Assembly (NCBI GenBank): GCA_963811085.1
Contig: CAWEPV010000013.1
Location: 987,304-1,051,303 of the forward strand
Direction: 5' to 3'
DNA from: an uncultured beta proteobacterium
Lineage (GTDB): Bacteria > Pseudomonadota > Gammaproteobacteria > Burkholderiales > SG8-39
DNA: 64,000 nt
This document shows positions 18,560 to 33,240 of this stretch, piece by piece. The number at the start of each line of letters is the position of its first letter. Positions within the stretch are counted from its first letter, which is position 1. The notes under the pieces were generated by a model. It ran no database searches, had not been told where the DNA came from, and saw only the letters and a list, made by a program, of their open reading frames with translations. The position numbers were made by a program, and so were the translations under genes.

Positions 18560-19556
18560 GAGCCAATTTTAACCCCAGCTTGAGGAACTCATCCCACGCC
18601 TCGAGCCGAACCACGCCCTTGATCGCGCGGTCGATGAGCGCCGCGTGTGACAGCGCGCGCTCGATCGCGCTGACCGAAAGCCGGCGCATGGCGGCCTTGA
18701 TCAGCGCCTGGCGCGCTCCCCAGACCCTGTTCTCGCGCAGCAGCGCCTCGAGCGGCCGGCCTTCGGCCGTGCCCGACTGCACGCGCGCGAGCGCGCGCAG
18801 GTCCTCGGCGATCGCCCACAGCACGAAGGTCGGCGCCTCGCCCTCGCCGCGCAATCCTTCGATCACCCGCACATAGCGCGCGGTGTCCCCCGCCAGCAGC
18901 GCGGCCGAGGCGTCGTAGGCGTCGTAGCGCGCGACGTTCGCCACAACCTCGCGCACGTCGTCCAGGCCGAGCTCGCCCTCGGGCGCGAGCAGGGCGAGCT
19001 TCTGCACCTCCTGGAACGCGGCGAGCAGGTTGCCCTCGACGCGGTCGGCGAGGAACTCGAGCACTTCGCGCGGCGCGCGCTGCCCCTGGCGCGCGAGACG
19101 CTCGCCGATCCACGCCGGCAGGCGCGCGCGCTCGACAGGGAACACGTCCACCACCACGCCCGCCGCGCTGAGCGCGTTGAACCAGGCCGAGGATTGCCCC
19201 GCCCGGTCCAGCCGCGGCAGCGAGACCAGGGTCAGGATGTCGGCGCCTGCGCGCGCGCAGTACGCGCCGATCGCTTCCGCGCCCTGCGGGCCCGGCTTGC
19301 CGGTGGGAATCCTGAGTTCGACGATCTTCTTGTCGCCGAACAGCGAGAGGCTCGCGCCGGCGTGCAGCAGCTCGCTCCAGTCGAAGCCGCGCTCGGCGAA
19401 GAACACTTCGCGCTCGCGGTAGCCCGCGGTGCGCGCCGCGGCGCGCACCGCGTCGGCCGCCTCGAGCGCGAGCAGCGGTTCGTCGCCGTGCACGACGTAC
19501 AGCGGCGCAAGCGACTTCGCCAGCTGCGCTTGCAGTTGCTCGGCGCGCAGCGCCAT
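18543..19556 (-). CDS. holA: DNA polymerase III delta subunit
   Basis: 337 aa in the conserved lptE-holA position downstream of leuS. Confidence 0.8.
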   Translation of the reverse strand: MALRAEQLQAQLAKSLAPLYVVHGDEPLLALEAADAVRAAARTAGYREREVFFAERGFDWSELLHAGASLSLFGDKKIVELRIPTGKPGPQGAEAIGAYCARAGADILTLVSLPRLDRAGQSSAWFNALSAAGVVVDVFPVERARLPAWIGERLARQGQRAPREVLEFLADRVEGNLLAAFQEVQKLALLAPEGELGLDDVREVVANVARYDAYDASAALLAGDTARYVRVIEGLRGEGEAPTFVLWAIAEDLRALARVQSGTAEGRPLEALLRENRVWGARQALIKAAMRRLSVSAIERALSHAALIDRAIKGVVRLEAWDEFLKLGLKLAHGSEA

Positions 19557-19562
19557 CCGCTG

Positions 19563-20047
19563 CTAGCCGCTCGTCGGCGGTTTGGCCGCAGCGAGCCGCC
19601 GCATGATCTGCTGCACCATGTCGTTCTGCATGTCGCGGTACAGCAGCTGCTCCTCGGACTCCTTCGCCAGCACATCGGCGTCGTTGAAGGTGATGTCGCG
19701 CGTGAGCTCGATGGTGCTTTGCGGCACGTAGTCGTTGCCCTTGTTGTCGACCACGCGGAAGCCGACGATGTAGCGCAGCTGGAACTCGCGCACCCGCCCG
19801 GTCGCGGTCAGCGACAGGATCACCTTCTGGCGCTCCTCGCGCGTGAACTGCAGCACGGCGTCGGCCTGCTTTGCCTCGTCCACCACCTTTGCGTCGGTGC
19901 CGGCCTGGATGTTGCGCTTGAGGTCGAGCGCGATGCCGCCTGCCGCGCCCGGCACGTACAGGGTATTGAACGGAAGCGGCGCCGCGCCGCGCAGCTGGAA
20001 GCCGCAGCTGGCGAGTGATAACGCGGCGAGCAGGACAAGCGTACGCA

Positions 20048-20048
<1 letters not shown>
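19563..20048 (-). CDS. lptE: LPS-assembly lipoprotein LptE
   Basis: Internal start MRTLVLLAALSLASCGF (lipobox LASC). It lies immediately after leuS, as in most proteobacteria. Confidence 0.75.
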
Positions 20049-25654
<5,606 letters not shown>

Positions 25655-25656
25655 TC

Positions 25657-26505
25657 ATGGAATTCAGCAAAATCGCAGTGGTCGGCGCGGGCACTATGGG
25701 CCACGGCATCAGCCAGGCGCTGGCGGTCGCCGGAATCGACGTGGTGGTGACCGACGTCGCGCAGGCGCAGCTCGAGCGCGCCACGGCGGCGATTTCGGGC
25801 AGCCTCGATCGGCTGGTGAAGAAGGAAAAGATGAGCGCCGAGCAGAAGGCCGCCGCGCTCGCGCGCATCCAACCCTCGACCGACGTCGGCGCGGTCAAGG
25901 ACTGCGGCCTGGTGATCGAGGCCGCGACCGAGAACTTGCCGCTCAAGCTCAAGATCTTCGCCCAGCTGGACGAGCTCGCGCCGGCGGGCGCCGTGATCGC
26001 CTCGAACACCTCGTCGATCTCGATCACGCGCCTGGCGGCTGCGACCAAGCGCCCCGACAAGGTGATCGGAATGCATTTCTTCAACCCGGTGCCGGTGATG
26101 GCGTTGGTCGAGCTGATCCGCGGGCTGCAGACCTCGGACGAGACTTACGCCGCGGTCGAGGCGCTGACGAAGAAGATCGGCAAGGCGCCGGTGCAGGTGC
26201 GAAACTCGCCCGGCTTCGTCGTCAACCGCATGCTTTGCCCGATGATCAACGAGGCGATCTTCGCCCTCGCCGAAGGCCTCGCGAGCGCGGAGCAGATCGA
26301 TCAGGCGATGAAGCTCGGCGCTAACCACCCGATCGGACCGCTCGCGCTGTGCGACCTGGTCGGCCTGGACGTCGAGCTGGCGGTGATGCAGGTGCTGTTC
26401 GAGGGCTTCAAGGATCCGAAGTACCGCCCCGCCCCACTGCTGGTGGAGATGGTCGAGGCGGGCTACCTGGGCAGAAAGACGGGACGCGGATTCTTCAAGT
26501 ACTGA
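25657..26505 (+). CDS. 3-Hydroxybutyryl-CoA/3-hydroxyacyl-CoA dehydrogenase
   Basis: Start MEFSKIAVVGAGTMGHGISQ (Rossmann motif) inside ORF 25354..26505; 282 aa HBD family. Confidence 0.85.
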   Translation: MEFSKIAVVGAGTMGHGISQALAVAGIDVVVTDVAQAQLERATAAISGSLDRLVKKEKMSAEQKAAALARIQPSTDVGAVKDCGLVIEAATENLPLKLKIFAQLDELAPAGAVIASNTSSISITRLAAATKRPDKVIGMHFFNPVPVMALVELIRGLQTSDETYAAVEALTKKIGKAPVQVRNSPGFVVNRMLCPMINEAIFALAEGLASAEQIDQAMKLGANHPIGPLALCDLVGLDVELAVMQVLFEGFKDPKYRPAPLLVEMVEAGYLGRKTGRGFFKY

Positions 26506-26522
26506 CTTTCGCGGAGGCGCTC

Positions 26523-27350
26523 ATGCCGCTCACATCTCAGCAGATCGATCAGTACCGCCGCGACGGCTACGTCTGTCCGGTGCCGGTGATGCCGGCGGCC
26601 GAGGCGGCGGGGCTGCGGCGCACGCTCGAGGCCTTCGAGGCCGGGCAGGGCGGCAGGCTCGAGCCCGGCCAGCGCAGCCGCGCGTTCCTGCTGTTCAAAT
26701 GGCTCGACGACCTGATCCGCGATGCGCGCGTGCTCGACCCGATCGAGCAGCTGATCGGCCCCGACATCCTGTGCTGGAGCACGATCTTCTGGATCAAGGA
26801 AGCAGGCTCGAAGAGCTTCGTTTCCTGGCACCAGGACAACACCTACTGGGGCCTGTCGAGCCGCAACGTGGTGACGGCCTGGTTCGCGATCGCGGACGCG
26901 AGCGTCGAAGCGGGCTGCATGAAGGTGATGCCGGGCACGCACACCGGCGAGACGCTTCCCCACGAGGACACCTACGACGCGGATAACATGCTCACGCGCG
27001 GGCAGGCGATCCGTGGCCTGGACGAGGCGCGCGCCGCCAGCATGCCGCTGCGCGCGGGCGAAATGTCGCTGCACAACTATTGCCTCGCGCACGGCTCGGG
27101 GCCGAACCTTTCGCCCGACCGCAGGATCGGGGTGTCGATGCACTTCATGCCGCCCGACACCAAGCAGGTGGTCGGCGCCTGGGATTGCGCCGCGTTGGTG
27201 CGGGGAAGCGACCGCTTCGGCCATTTCGCGCACGCGCCGGTGCCGGCACGCGATTTCGATCCCGAGGCAGTGGCCTTCCACGCCCGCGCCGCGGGCGCGA
27301 TGCGCGAGGTGCTTTACGCCGGGGCCGCGCGCAAGCTTCAGCGGCTCTGA
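26523..27350 (+). CDS. Phytanoyl-CoA dioxygenase (PhyH) family Fe(II)/2-oxoglutarate oxygenase
   Basis: Start MPLTSQQIDQYRRDGYV; the WHQD iron-binding H-x-D triad region is present (SWHQDNTYW...). Confidence 0.75.
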   Translation: MPLTSQQIDQYRRDGYVCPVPVMPAAEAAGLRRTLEAFEAGQGGRLEPGQRSRAFLLFKWLDDLIRDARVLDPIEQLIGPDILCWSTIFWIKEAGSKSFVSWHQDNTYWGLSSRNVVTAWFAIADASVEAGCMKVMPGTHTGETLPHEDTYDADNMLTRGQAIRGLDEARAASMPLRAGEMSLHNYCLAHGSGPNLSPDRRIGVSMHFMPPDTKQVVGAWDCAALVRGSDRFGHFAHAPVPARDFDPEAVAFHARAAGAMREVLYAGAARKLQRL

Positions 27351-28018
27351 AGGCTCGTCAGGTCCCGGCGCAGCAGCTCGCCGATGCGCCCGATGCTGAG
27401 GTCGGCCGCCGGGTAGCGCGCGGTGTTGTGCGGATCATTGGCGTAGTGCCCCTGGCGCGCGAACACGGTGGTGACGCGCTCGCCCCAGGCTTGCTTGATC
27501 GCGGCCAGGATGCGCAGCTTGTCGTCCACCATGATGTAGCGCCGGGCCGGGAACAGGCGCTCGACGTCGGCCAGCATCTGTTCCTTGTGGACGTAGATCA
27601 GCACCCGTCCGGCCACCGCGTCCCACAGTCCCGAGCGCATCACCTTGCGCGGCTGGAACACGGCGTCGCCGTCCGACAGGATCACCGCGCGCGCCGCCCG
27701 GCCGGCGTGCCGCAGCACCTCGAGCGCGTCCGGATAGAGCCGCTCGGCGAACGGATAGTCCACCAGCCAGCCCGACAGCGCCAGCACGCGCGGGTCGTGC
27801 AGGCGTTCGAGCCGGTAGCGCTCTAGCGCGCCGAGGTAGTCGACGTAGCCGAGCTCTTCGCGCAGCTGCTCGAGGATGCTCCAGTAGCGGTCGCGCGCGT
27901 CGTGGCCGAACTCGCGCGCCAGGTGCGCCCGCAGATCCTGCTGGACGCGGTCGTTATCGAGCAGGGTGTTGTCGACGTCGAACAGGGCGACCAGTTCGTC
28001 GCCTGCGCCAAGGGTCAC
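27338..28018 (-). CDS. HAD-superfamily hydrolase
   Basis: GTG start gives VTLGAGDELVALFDVDNTLLD (HAD motif I DxDx[T/V]), and motif IV appears at YIMVDDK. GTGA overlap with the gnd stop. The endpoint is good to about 1-2 nt. Confidence 0.7.
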   Translation of the reverse strand: MTLGAGDELVALFDVDNTLLDNDRVQQDLRAHLAREFGHDARDRYWSILEQLREELGYVDYLGALERYRLERLHDPRVLALSGWLVDYPFAERLYPDALEVLRHAGRAARAVILSDGDAVFQPRKVMRSGLWDAVAGRVLIYVHKEQMLADVERLFPARRYIMVDDKLRILAAIKQAWGERVTTVFARQGHYANDPHNTARYPAADLSIGRIGELLRRDLTSLQSR

Positions 28019-29046
28019 TTCCTCTCGCCCCCGGAGCCGGGTTTCTCGAGGTGGCCGCCGAACTCGTAGCGCATCGCCGAGAGCAGCCTGTCGGCGTACT
28101 CGCTGTGCCCGCGCGAGGCGAAGCGCGCGAACAGCGCGGCACTGATCACCGGCGCGGGAACGCCTTCGTCGATCGCGGCCTGCAGGGTCCAGCGCCCTTC
28201 GCCGGAGTCCGAGACGCGGCCGTCGAACTTGGCCAGCGCGGGGTCGGCGCGCAGCGCGCTGGCGGACAGGTCGAGCAGCCACGAGCCGATCACGCTGCCG
28301 CGGCGCCACACTTCGGCCACGCGCGCCACGTCGATGTCGTAGCGGTAGTGCTCCGGGTGGCGCAGCGGCGTGGTCTCGGCGTCGACCTCGCCCTGGCGCT
28401 TGCCGACCGCGGCGCCATGCAGAATGTTGAAGCCCTCGGCGTAGGCCGCCATGACCCCGTATTCGATCCCGTTGTGCACCATCTTGACGAAGTGGCCCGC
28501 GCCGTTCGGCCCGCAGTGCAGGTAGCCATTCTCCTCGGGCAAGGGCGCGCCCTCGCGCCCCGGGGTGCGCGCGGCGGACTCGACTCCTGGCGCCAGCGCG
28601 CGAAAGACCGGCTCGAGCCGCGCCACCACCTCGTTCTCGCCGCCGATCATGAGGCAGTAGCCGCGCTCCATGCCCCACACCCCGCCGCTCACCCCGACGT
28701 CGACGTAGTGCAGCTTCTTCTGTGCCAGGGCGGCGGCGCGGCGCAGGTCGTCGTGATAGTAGGAATTGCCGCCGTCGATCACGCAGTCCCCCGCTTCGAG
28801 CAGCGGAGTGAGCTGCTCCAGCACCGGGTCGACCGCGCCGGCTGGCACCATCAGCCAAACCGCGCGCGGCTTGGCCAGACGGGCGACGAAGTCCTTGAGC
28901 GCGCTGGTGCCGTACGCGCCGGCCTTCTCGAGCGTGCGCACCGCTTCGGCGTGCGCGTCGTACACGACCAGCTCGTGGCCAGCCTCGAGCAGGCGCCGCA
29001 CCATGTTGGCGCCCATGCGCCCCAAACCGATCATTCCGAGCTGCAT
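28015..29046 (-). CDS. gnd: 6-Phosphogluconate dehydrogenase (decarboxylating), short GndA-type
   Basis: 343 aa; MQLGMIGLGRMGANMVRRL Rossmann start and a 6PGD C-terminal domain. Confidence 0.85.
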   Translation of the reverse strand: MQLGMIGLGRMGANMVRRLLEAGHELVVYDAHAEAVRTLEKAGAYGTSALKDFVARLAKPRAVWLMVPAGAVDPVLEQLTPLLEAGDCVIDGGNSYYHDDLRRAAALAQKKLHYVDVGVSGGVWGMERGYCLMIGGENEVVARLEPVFRALAPGVESAARTPGREGAPLPEENGYLHCGPNGAGHFVKMVHNGIEYGVMAAYAEGFNILHGAAVGKRQGEVDAETTPLRHPEHYRYDIDVARVAEVWRRGSVIGSWLLDLSASALRADPALAKFDGRVSDSGEGRWTLQAAIDEGVPAPVISAALFARFASRGHSEYADRLLSAMRYEFGGHLEKPGSGGERK

Positions 29047-29089
29047 GCCTGTTCTCCTGAGTGAATGCGAATGCCCGCGCGCGGCGGGC

Positions 29090-30082
29090 TCAGCGCGACT
29101 GCATCTGCCGCAGGCCGTAGATCGCCGCGCCGAGCAGCGCCGCGCGCGTCTCGATCACGTGCACCGGTATGCCTTCGAGCATCTGGGCGAAGCGCCCCTT
29201 GTTGACGAAGGCCTGCGCGAAGGCGCCGTCCTCGAGCTGCGGCAGGATACGCGGCGCGATGCCGCCGCCTATGTATACGCCACCGGTGGCGAGCACCTTG
29301 AGCGCCAGGTTGCCCGCTTCGGCGCCGAGGATCGAGACGAAGCTGCGCAGCGTCAGCCTGCACAGCGCATCGCCCGCCGGTTCGCGCAGCGCGGCCTGCA
29401 CGATGAGCGGGGTGCGATCGGATGCCTTAGCCAGCTCGGCGGCGAGCGCGGGCGACTCCGGCTCGCGCCCCGAATCGCGCAGGAAATCGTAGATGTTGGG
29501 AAGGCCCATGCCCGAGCACACCCGTTCATAGCCGACTCGCGCATAGCGCGTGCGCAGGTAGCCGAGCAGCTCCGTTTGCAGCTCGTCGCTCGGGGCGAAG
29601 TCCGCGTGACCGCCCTCGGACGGGCAGGCGACGTATTCGCTGCCGCTCCAGACCAGGAAGGCCTCGCCCAATCCTGTACCAGGCGCGATCACCGCCATCG
29701 CTCCGCGCGGCTGCGCGTGGCCGGGCTTGACGGTGCGCAGCTCGTCCGCATGCAGGTTCGGCACCGCGTGCGCGATCGCCTGCAGGTCGTTGAGCAGCGC
29801 CGCGCTGCCGAGGCCGAGCCTGGCGCACAGCGTCCGCTCGTCCACCACCCAGGGCAGGTTTGTCAGTTGCGCGCGGCCGTCGATCACCGGGCCGGCGACG
29901 TCGAAGCACGCCGCGCGCGCCTTTGCGCGCTGGCGGCCGAGGAACTCCTCGACCATGCTTTCGAGGCCGTCGTAGCGCGCGCTCGCGAACTCCGCTTCCG
30001 CCACCGGCCGGCGTGGGCCTCGCTCGGCGTCGTAAAGCGCGAGCAGTGTCTTCGTGCCGCCGATGTCTCCCGCGATCAGCAT
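29090..30082 (-). CDS. glk: Glucokinase
   Basis: 330 aa; MLIAGDIGGTKTLLALYD ROK/Glk N-terminus; forms a glk-gnd pair. Confidence 0.85.
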   Translation of the reverse strand: MLIAGDIGGTKTLLALYDAERGPRRPVAEAEFASARYDGLESMVEEFLGRQRAKARAACFDVAGPVIDGRAQLTNLPWVVDERTLCARLGLGSAALLNDLQAIAHAVPNLHADELRTVKPGHAQPRGAMAVIAPGTGLGEAFLVWSGSEYVACPSEGGHADFAPSDELQTELLGYLRTRYARVGYERVCSGMGLPNIYDFLRDSGREPESPALAAELAKASDRTPLIVQAALREPAGDALCRLTLRSFVSILGAEAGNLALKVLATGGVYIGGGIAPRILPQLEDGAFAQAFVNKGRFAQMLEGIPVHVIETRAALLGAAIYGLRQMQSR

Positions 30083-30140
30083 GTATCCCGATTCTAGGCC
30101 AACCCGCTTAAGACACCCTTAGTTTGCGGCCTGCATGGGA

Positions 30141-30169
30141 TTGACATCGGTATTTGCGGCCAGCACAAT
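30141..30169 (+). promoter_or_regulatory. Sigma70-type promoter candidate TTGACA-17 nt-CACAAT, divergent from glk
   Basis: Perfect -35 hexamer at 30141-30146 and CACAAT at 30164-30169 with 17-nt spacing. About 230 nt downstream lies an intrinsic terminator. Confidence 0.4.
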
Positions 30170-30176
30170 CCGCGCC

Positions 30177-30404
30177 CTGTTTTGATGAGTGCGGACGATT
30201 ACGGGTAGAGCGATGAGATCAGTGACATACGTGACGACATGCAGTCGGGCGGCGCCGAATTTGCGCGCAGCCGTGCTCGCGATCGACCCCAGGCAGGGAG
30301 ACCGCACCGCGCCAGCAATCCGGGCTCTGGAGGAAACGTAACGCGCGCGTCTATACGCGTTTCACCAAAGCCCGGTTGCGCCGCAAGGCCACCGGGCTTT
30401 TTTG
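30177..30404 (+). ncRNA. Candidate small RNA (promoter-to-terminator unit, no convincing ORF)
   Basis: Bounded by the promoter above and the terminator at 30367-30404. It contains an internal hairpin AACGCG-cgcgtctata-CGCGTT. Only short ORFs with poor codon bias overlap it. Confidence 0.3.
30367..30404 (+). terminator. Rho-independent terminator
   Basis: AAAGCCCGGT-tgcgccgcaaggcc-ACCGGGCTTT followed by TTTTG: a 10-bp G+C-rich stem and a U-tract. Confidence 0.6.
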
Positions 30405-30600
30405 TTGCCCGTGCGCCGGAATCGGATTTGCAGCAATGCATTGATGGAACTTGGATGCGGCAAGTGCTTCGTGTTGCCGCATCCGATAAGGAGTTCGTCG
30501 CGGAAACGACCGCAGCGGGCGAGGCTCGCGAGTCCTCCCTGGCGCGCTCGGCCTGAAACATCGGCCTTGCGTGTACCGCGGGCGCGGAAGCGGCTGACAC

Positions 30601-30675
30601 ACGTGGATAGCTCAGACAGGTAGAGCAATCGGTTTGTGACCGAAAAGTCGCGGGTTCAAATCCCGCTCTCACGAA
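30601..30675 (+). tRNA. Degenerate tRNA-like element (His-GUG/Thr-UGU-like), probable tRNA pseudogene or remnant
   Basis: Intact D-arm TAGCTCAG-ACAGGTA-GAGC and T-arm GCGGG-TTCAAAT-CCCGC, and anticodon loop TTTGTGA flanked by ATCGG/CCGAA. The acceptor stem pairs at only 4-5 positions and there is no CCA. The overall layout resembles betaproteobacterial tRNA-His. Confidence 0.45.
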
Positions 30676-30951
30676 AGGCATTGGGAGCCTTGAGGCAGCA
30701 CCAAGCAGCACAAACGCAGTACGGGGCCGGTTTCGGCCGGCGCGGCAGACGACCGCCGCGCCGGCACCGGGCGCCAGGCCGAGCGCGCCGTGCGGCGCGC
30801 GCGGGCGAAGCGGCAACAGCCGAGCGCGGAATGACGCGCAAGGCGCGGCCGACTTCCCTCACGCGCGCGGCGGTGCCCGCAAGGCGGCCGGGAAGCCGGA
30901 ATCCCGATTGGCACGAGGTGATGGATAAAGACAGGACGAAGGAGGGCGACG

Positions 30952-31185
30952 ATGTTGAAGCAGACGACGATGGAGGAGGCGGTGCGGCTCACCGTACGCG
31001 AAGCCGAGGTGCTGCGCCTGATCGCGGGCGGCCGTACCTACGGGCAGATCGCCGAACAACTCGGCATGTCGGCGCACACGGTGACCTCGCACGTCAAGAA
31101 CGCGTACCGCAAGCTCGATGTGCACTCCGGGCCGGCGGCGGTGATGCGCGCCATCGAGCTGCGGCTGCTCGAGGTGACGATCTGA
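30952..31185 (+). CDS. LuxR/GerE-type HTH-only transcriptional regulator (77 aa)
   Basis: REAEVLRLIAGGRTYGQIAEQLGMSAHTVTSHVKNAYRKLDV is a canonical LuxR-C HTH. No receiver or ligand domain is present. Confidence 0.75.
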   Translation: MLKQTTMEEAVRLTVREAEVLRLIAGGRTYGQIAEQLGMSAHTVTSHVKNAYRKLDVHSGPAAVMRAIELRLLEVTI

Positions 31186-31213
31186 CGAAGGGACCGAGAA
31201 AAGGAAAGGAACG

Positions 31214-32785
31214 GTGATGTTTGTACGCAAGTTGCGCCTGAAGAAGGACGAGCGCGCGCTCCTGCTCAAGGATGGTGATTTTGTCGAGATCCTCGGTCCG
31301 GGCGAGCACGCTCGCTTCGACCCGCTGTTTCGTCTCGAGCTGGAGAAGTTCTCGATGGAAAAGACCCGTTTCGCCCACAGGCTGGAGAACTATCTGGTCA
31401 GGGTCGAGCCGGAGATCGTGGAGCGCGAATTCCACCTCGTCGATCTGGGCCCCACCGAGATCGGACTCCGCTACGAAGACGGCGTGCTCGTCGAGGCACT
31501 GGCGCCCAGTACGCACCGGCTTTACTGGAAGGGTTACGTCGACCAGCGGTTCGAGCGCTACGACATTTCGACCCAAGCGGCCATTGCCCCGGAGCTGCTT
31601 GCGCAGCTCGATGCATTGACGGATGAGAAGAGGAAGACGATGATGATTATTCGCAAATTCTGCGTGAACAAGGACGAACGTGCGCTGCTGTTCGACCGGG
31701 GCGATTTCGTCGCGATCCTGGGCCCGGGGGAGCACATTCGCTTCGATCCGTTCCGTCGGCTGGAGCTGCAGAAATTCGCACTTGCTGAGACGCGTTTCGA
31801 TCATCGGCTGGACGACTGGCTGCTGAAGGTCGAGCCGGAGCTGGTGGCGCGCGAGTTCCATTTTGTGGAGCTTGGTGCGACCGAGGTCGGGCTTGTCTAC
31901 GAGGACGGCGTGCTGGTCGCCGTACTGGCGCCGAATACCCGCCAGCTGTACTGGAAGGGTTACATCGACCTGCGCTTCGAGCGCATCGACATCTCGACCG
32001 ATTTCGCGATCGACGCAAAGCTCGTGCCGCAGCTCATCGCATGCACCGGCCCGGGCTTCAAGTCGCTGGTGACCGGCGGTGATGGCGTATTCGGCGTGCA
32101 GGTGCCGGCGTTCCACGTAGTGGCGCTGTACGTGAACGGCAAGCTGCACGACGTGCTCGAAGCGGGCGCATACGCTTTCTGGGCCTTCGGTCGCGACCTG
32201 CGCGTGGACTTCGTGGACCTGCGTTTGCAGGTGATCGAGGTGACGGGGCAGGAGATCCTGACCAAGGACAAGGTGCCGCTGCGGGTGAACCTGAACGCCG
32301 GCTACCGCGTGACCGACGTCGCGACCGCGTTCGCCAAGCAGGCCAAGCCGGCGGACTTCCTGTACCGCGAGCTGCAGTTCGGCCTGCGCGCGGCGGTGGG
32401 AACCCGAACCCTGGACGAACTGCTCGAGAACAAGGGCGTGATCGACCAGGTGGTAGCGGACCATATCTCGCGCCGCGTGCAAGGCTTCGGCATCGAGGTC
32501 GACTCGGTCGGCGTCAAGGACATCATCCTGCCGGGTGATATGAAGATGATACTGGCGAGGGTGGTGGAAGCAGACAAGATCGCGCTGGCCAACGTGATCC
32601 GCCGCCGTGAGGAGACCGCGGCGACTCGTTCACTGCTGAACACCGCCCGGGTGATGGAGGACAACCCGACCGCGCTGCGGCTGAAGGAGCTGGAGACGCT
32701 GGAGAAGGTGACCGAGAAGATCGACAGGATCTCGGTGTTCGGCGGGCTCGATGCGGTGCTCAAGGATCTGGTGAAGCTTCGCTGA
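31214..32785 (+). CDS. SPFH/band-7 (stomatin/prohibitin-like) domain protein with tandemly repeated N-terminal modules and no TM segment
   Basis: 523 aa. Residues ~1-150 and ~151-300 are clear paralogous repeats (KDERALL..GDFV.ILGPGEH.RFDP..RLEL.KF...TRF.HRL). A third repeat leads into a canonical SPFH domain (ILTKDKVPLRVNLNAGYRVTDV...GIEVDSVGVKDIILPGDMKMILARVVEADKIA). Confidence 0.7.
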   Translation: MMFVRKLRLKKDERALLLKDGDFVEILGPGEHARFDPLFRLELEKFSMEKTRFAHRLENYLVRVEPEIVEREFHLVDLGPTEIGLRYEDGVLVEALAPSTHRLYWKGYVDQRFERYDISTQAAIAPELLAQLDALTDEKRKTMMIIRKFCVNKDERALLFDRGDFVAILGPGEHIRFDPFRRLELQKFALAETRFDHRLDDWLLKVEPELVAREFHFVELGATEVGLVYEDGVLVAVLAPNTRQLYWKGYIDLRFERIDISTDFAIDAKLVPQLIACTGPGFKSLVTGGDGVFGVQVPAFHVVALYVNGKLHDVLEAGAYAFWAFGRDLRVDFVDLRLQVIEVTGQEILTKDKVPLRVNLNAGYRVTDVATAFAKQAKPADFLYRELQFGLRAAVGTRTLDELLENKGVIDQVVADHISRRVQGFGIEVDSVGVKDIILPGDMKMILARVVEADKIALANVIRRREETAATRSLLNTARVMEDNPTALRLKELETLEKVTEKIDRISVFGGLDAVLKDLVKLR

Positions 32786-32803
32786 GCTCCGATCTTTGTG
32801 CCG

Positions 32804-33223
32804 TCAGGAAAGTTGAGCGACAAGCAGGTAGCGCGCCAGACGCCCGGTGGCCATGAACGCCAGCGCGGCGAGCCAGTTCACCCGCAGCCAGCCGGCGGCG
32901 AGGCACAGCGCGTCGCCTACCAGCGGCAGGAAGGCGAAGAAGGTCGCCAGGCTGCCGTAGCGCTCGATCCGGCGCAGCGCGCGCTTATTGAGCTTGTGGC
33001 GTGTGTGCTCGGGCACCAGCCGCCCCAGCGCGTAGGTGGTCATGCCGCCCGCGGTGTTGCCCAGCGTCGCCAGCGCGATCGCGAGCGCGGCGTGCCCGGG
33101 ATAGAGGCTGAGGTAGCCGAACAGCACCGCTTCGGACGGCAGCGGGACCAGCGTCGCGGCGACGAAGCTGGCGACGAACAGGCCGGCGAGGCCGCCTTCT
33201 GGCGAGAGGAGCGCGTGCAGGGT
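32804..33223 (-). CDS. YqaA (DedA-related) family inner-membrane protein
   Basis: Aligns to E. coli YqaA in the stretches LAGLFVASFVAATLVPLPSEAV and GNTAGGMTTYALGR...LPLVGDALCLAAGWLR. The YqaA-like N-terminal ~35 aa lie upstream of the first ATG/GTG. The only upstream in-frame start-like codon after the TAG stop is CTG at 33223. Confidence 0.65.
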   Translation of the reverse strand, partial: TLHALLSPEGGLAGLFVASFVAATLVPLPSEAVLFGYLSLYPGHAALAIALATLGNTAGGMTTYALGRLVPEHTRHKLNKRALRRIERYGSLATFFAFLPLVGDALCLAAGWLRVNWLAALAFMATGRLARYLLVAQLS

Positions 33224-33240
33224 GTGCTAGTCTTTTCGGC

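Noticed and set aside
16520-18583. 687-aa plus-strand ORF opposite nadD/proA
   Set aside because: Antisense artefact; the sense-strand genes are unambiguous.
30199-30816. 205-aa minus-strand ORF and the 30636..31217 plus ORF across the structured intergenic region
   Set aside because: They run straight through the terminator and the tRNA-like element, with Arg/Ala/Pro-rich low-complexity translation and no RBS.
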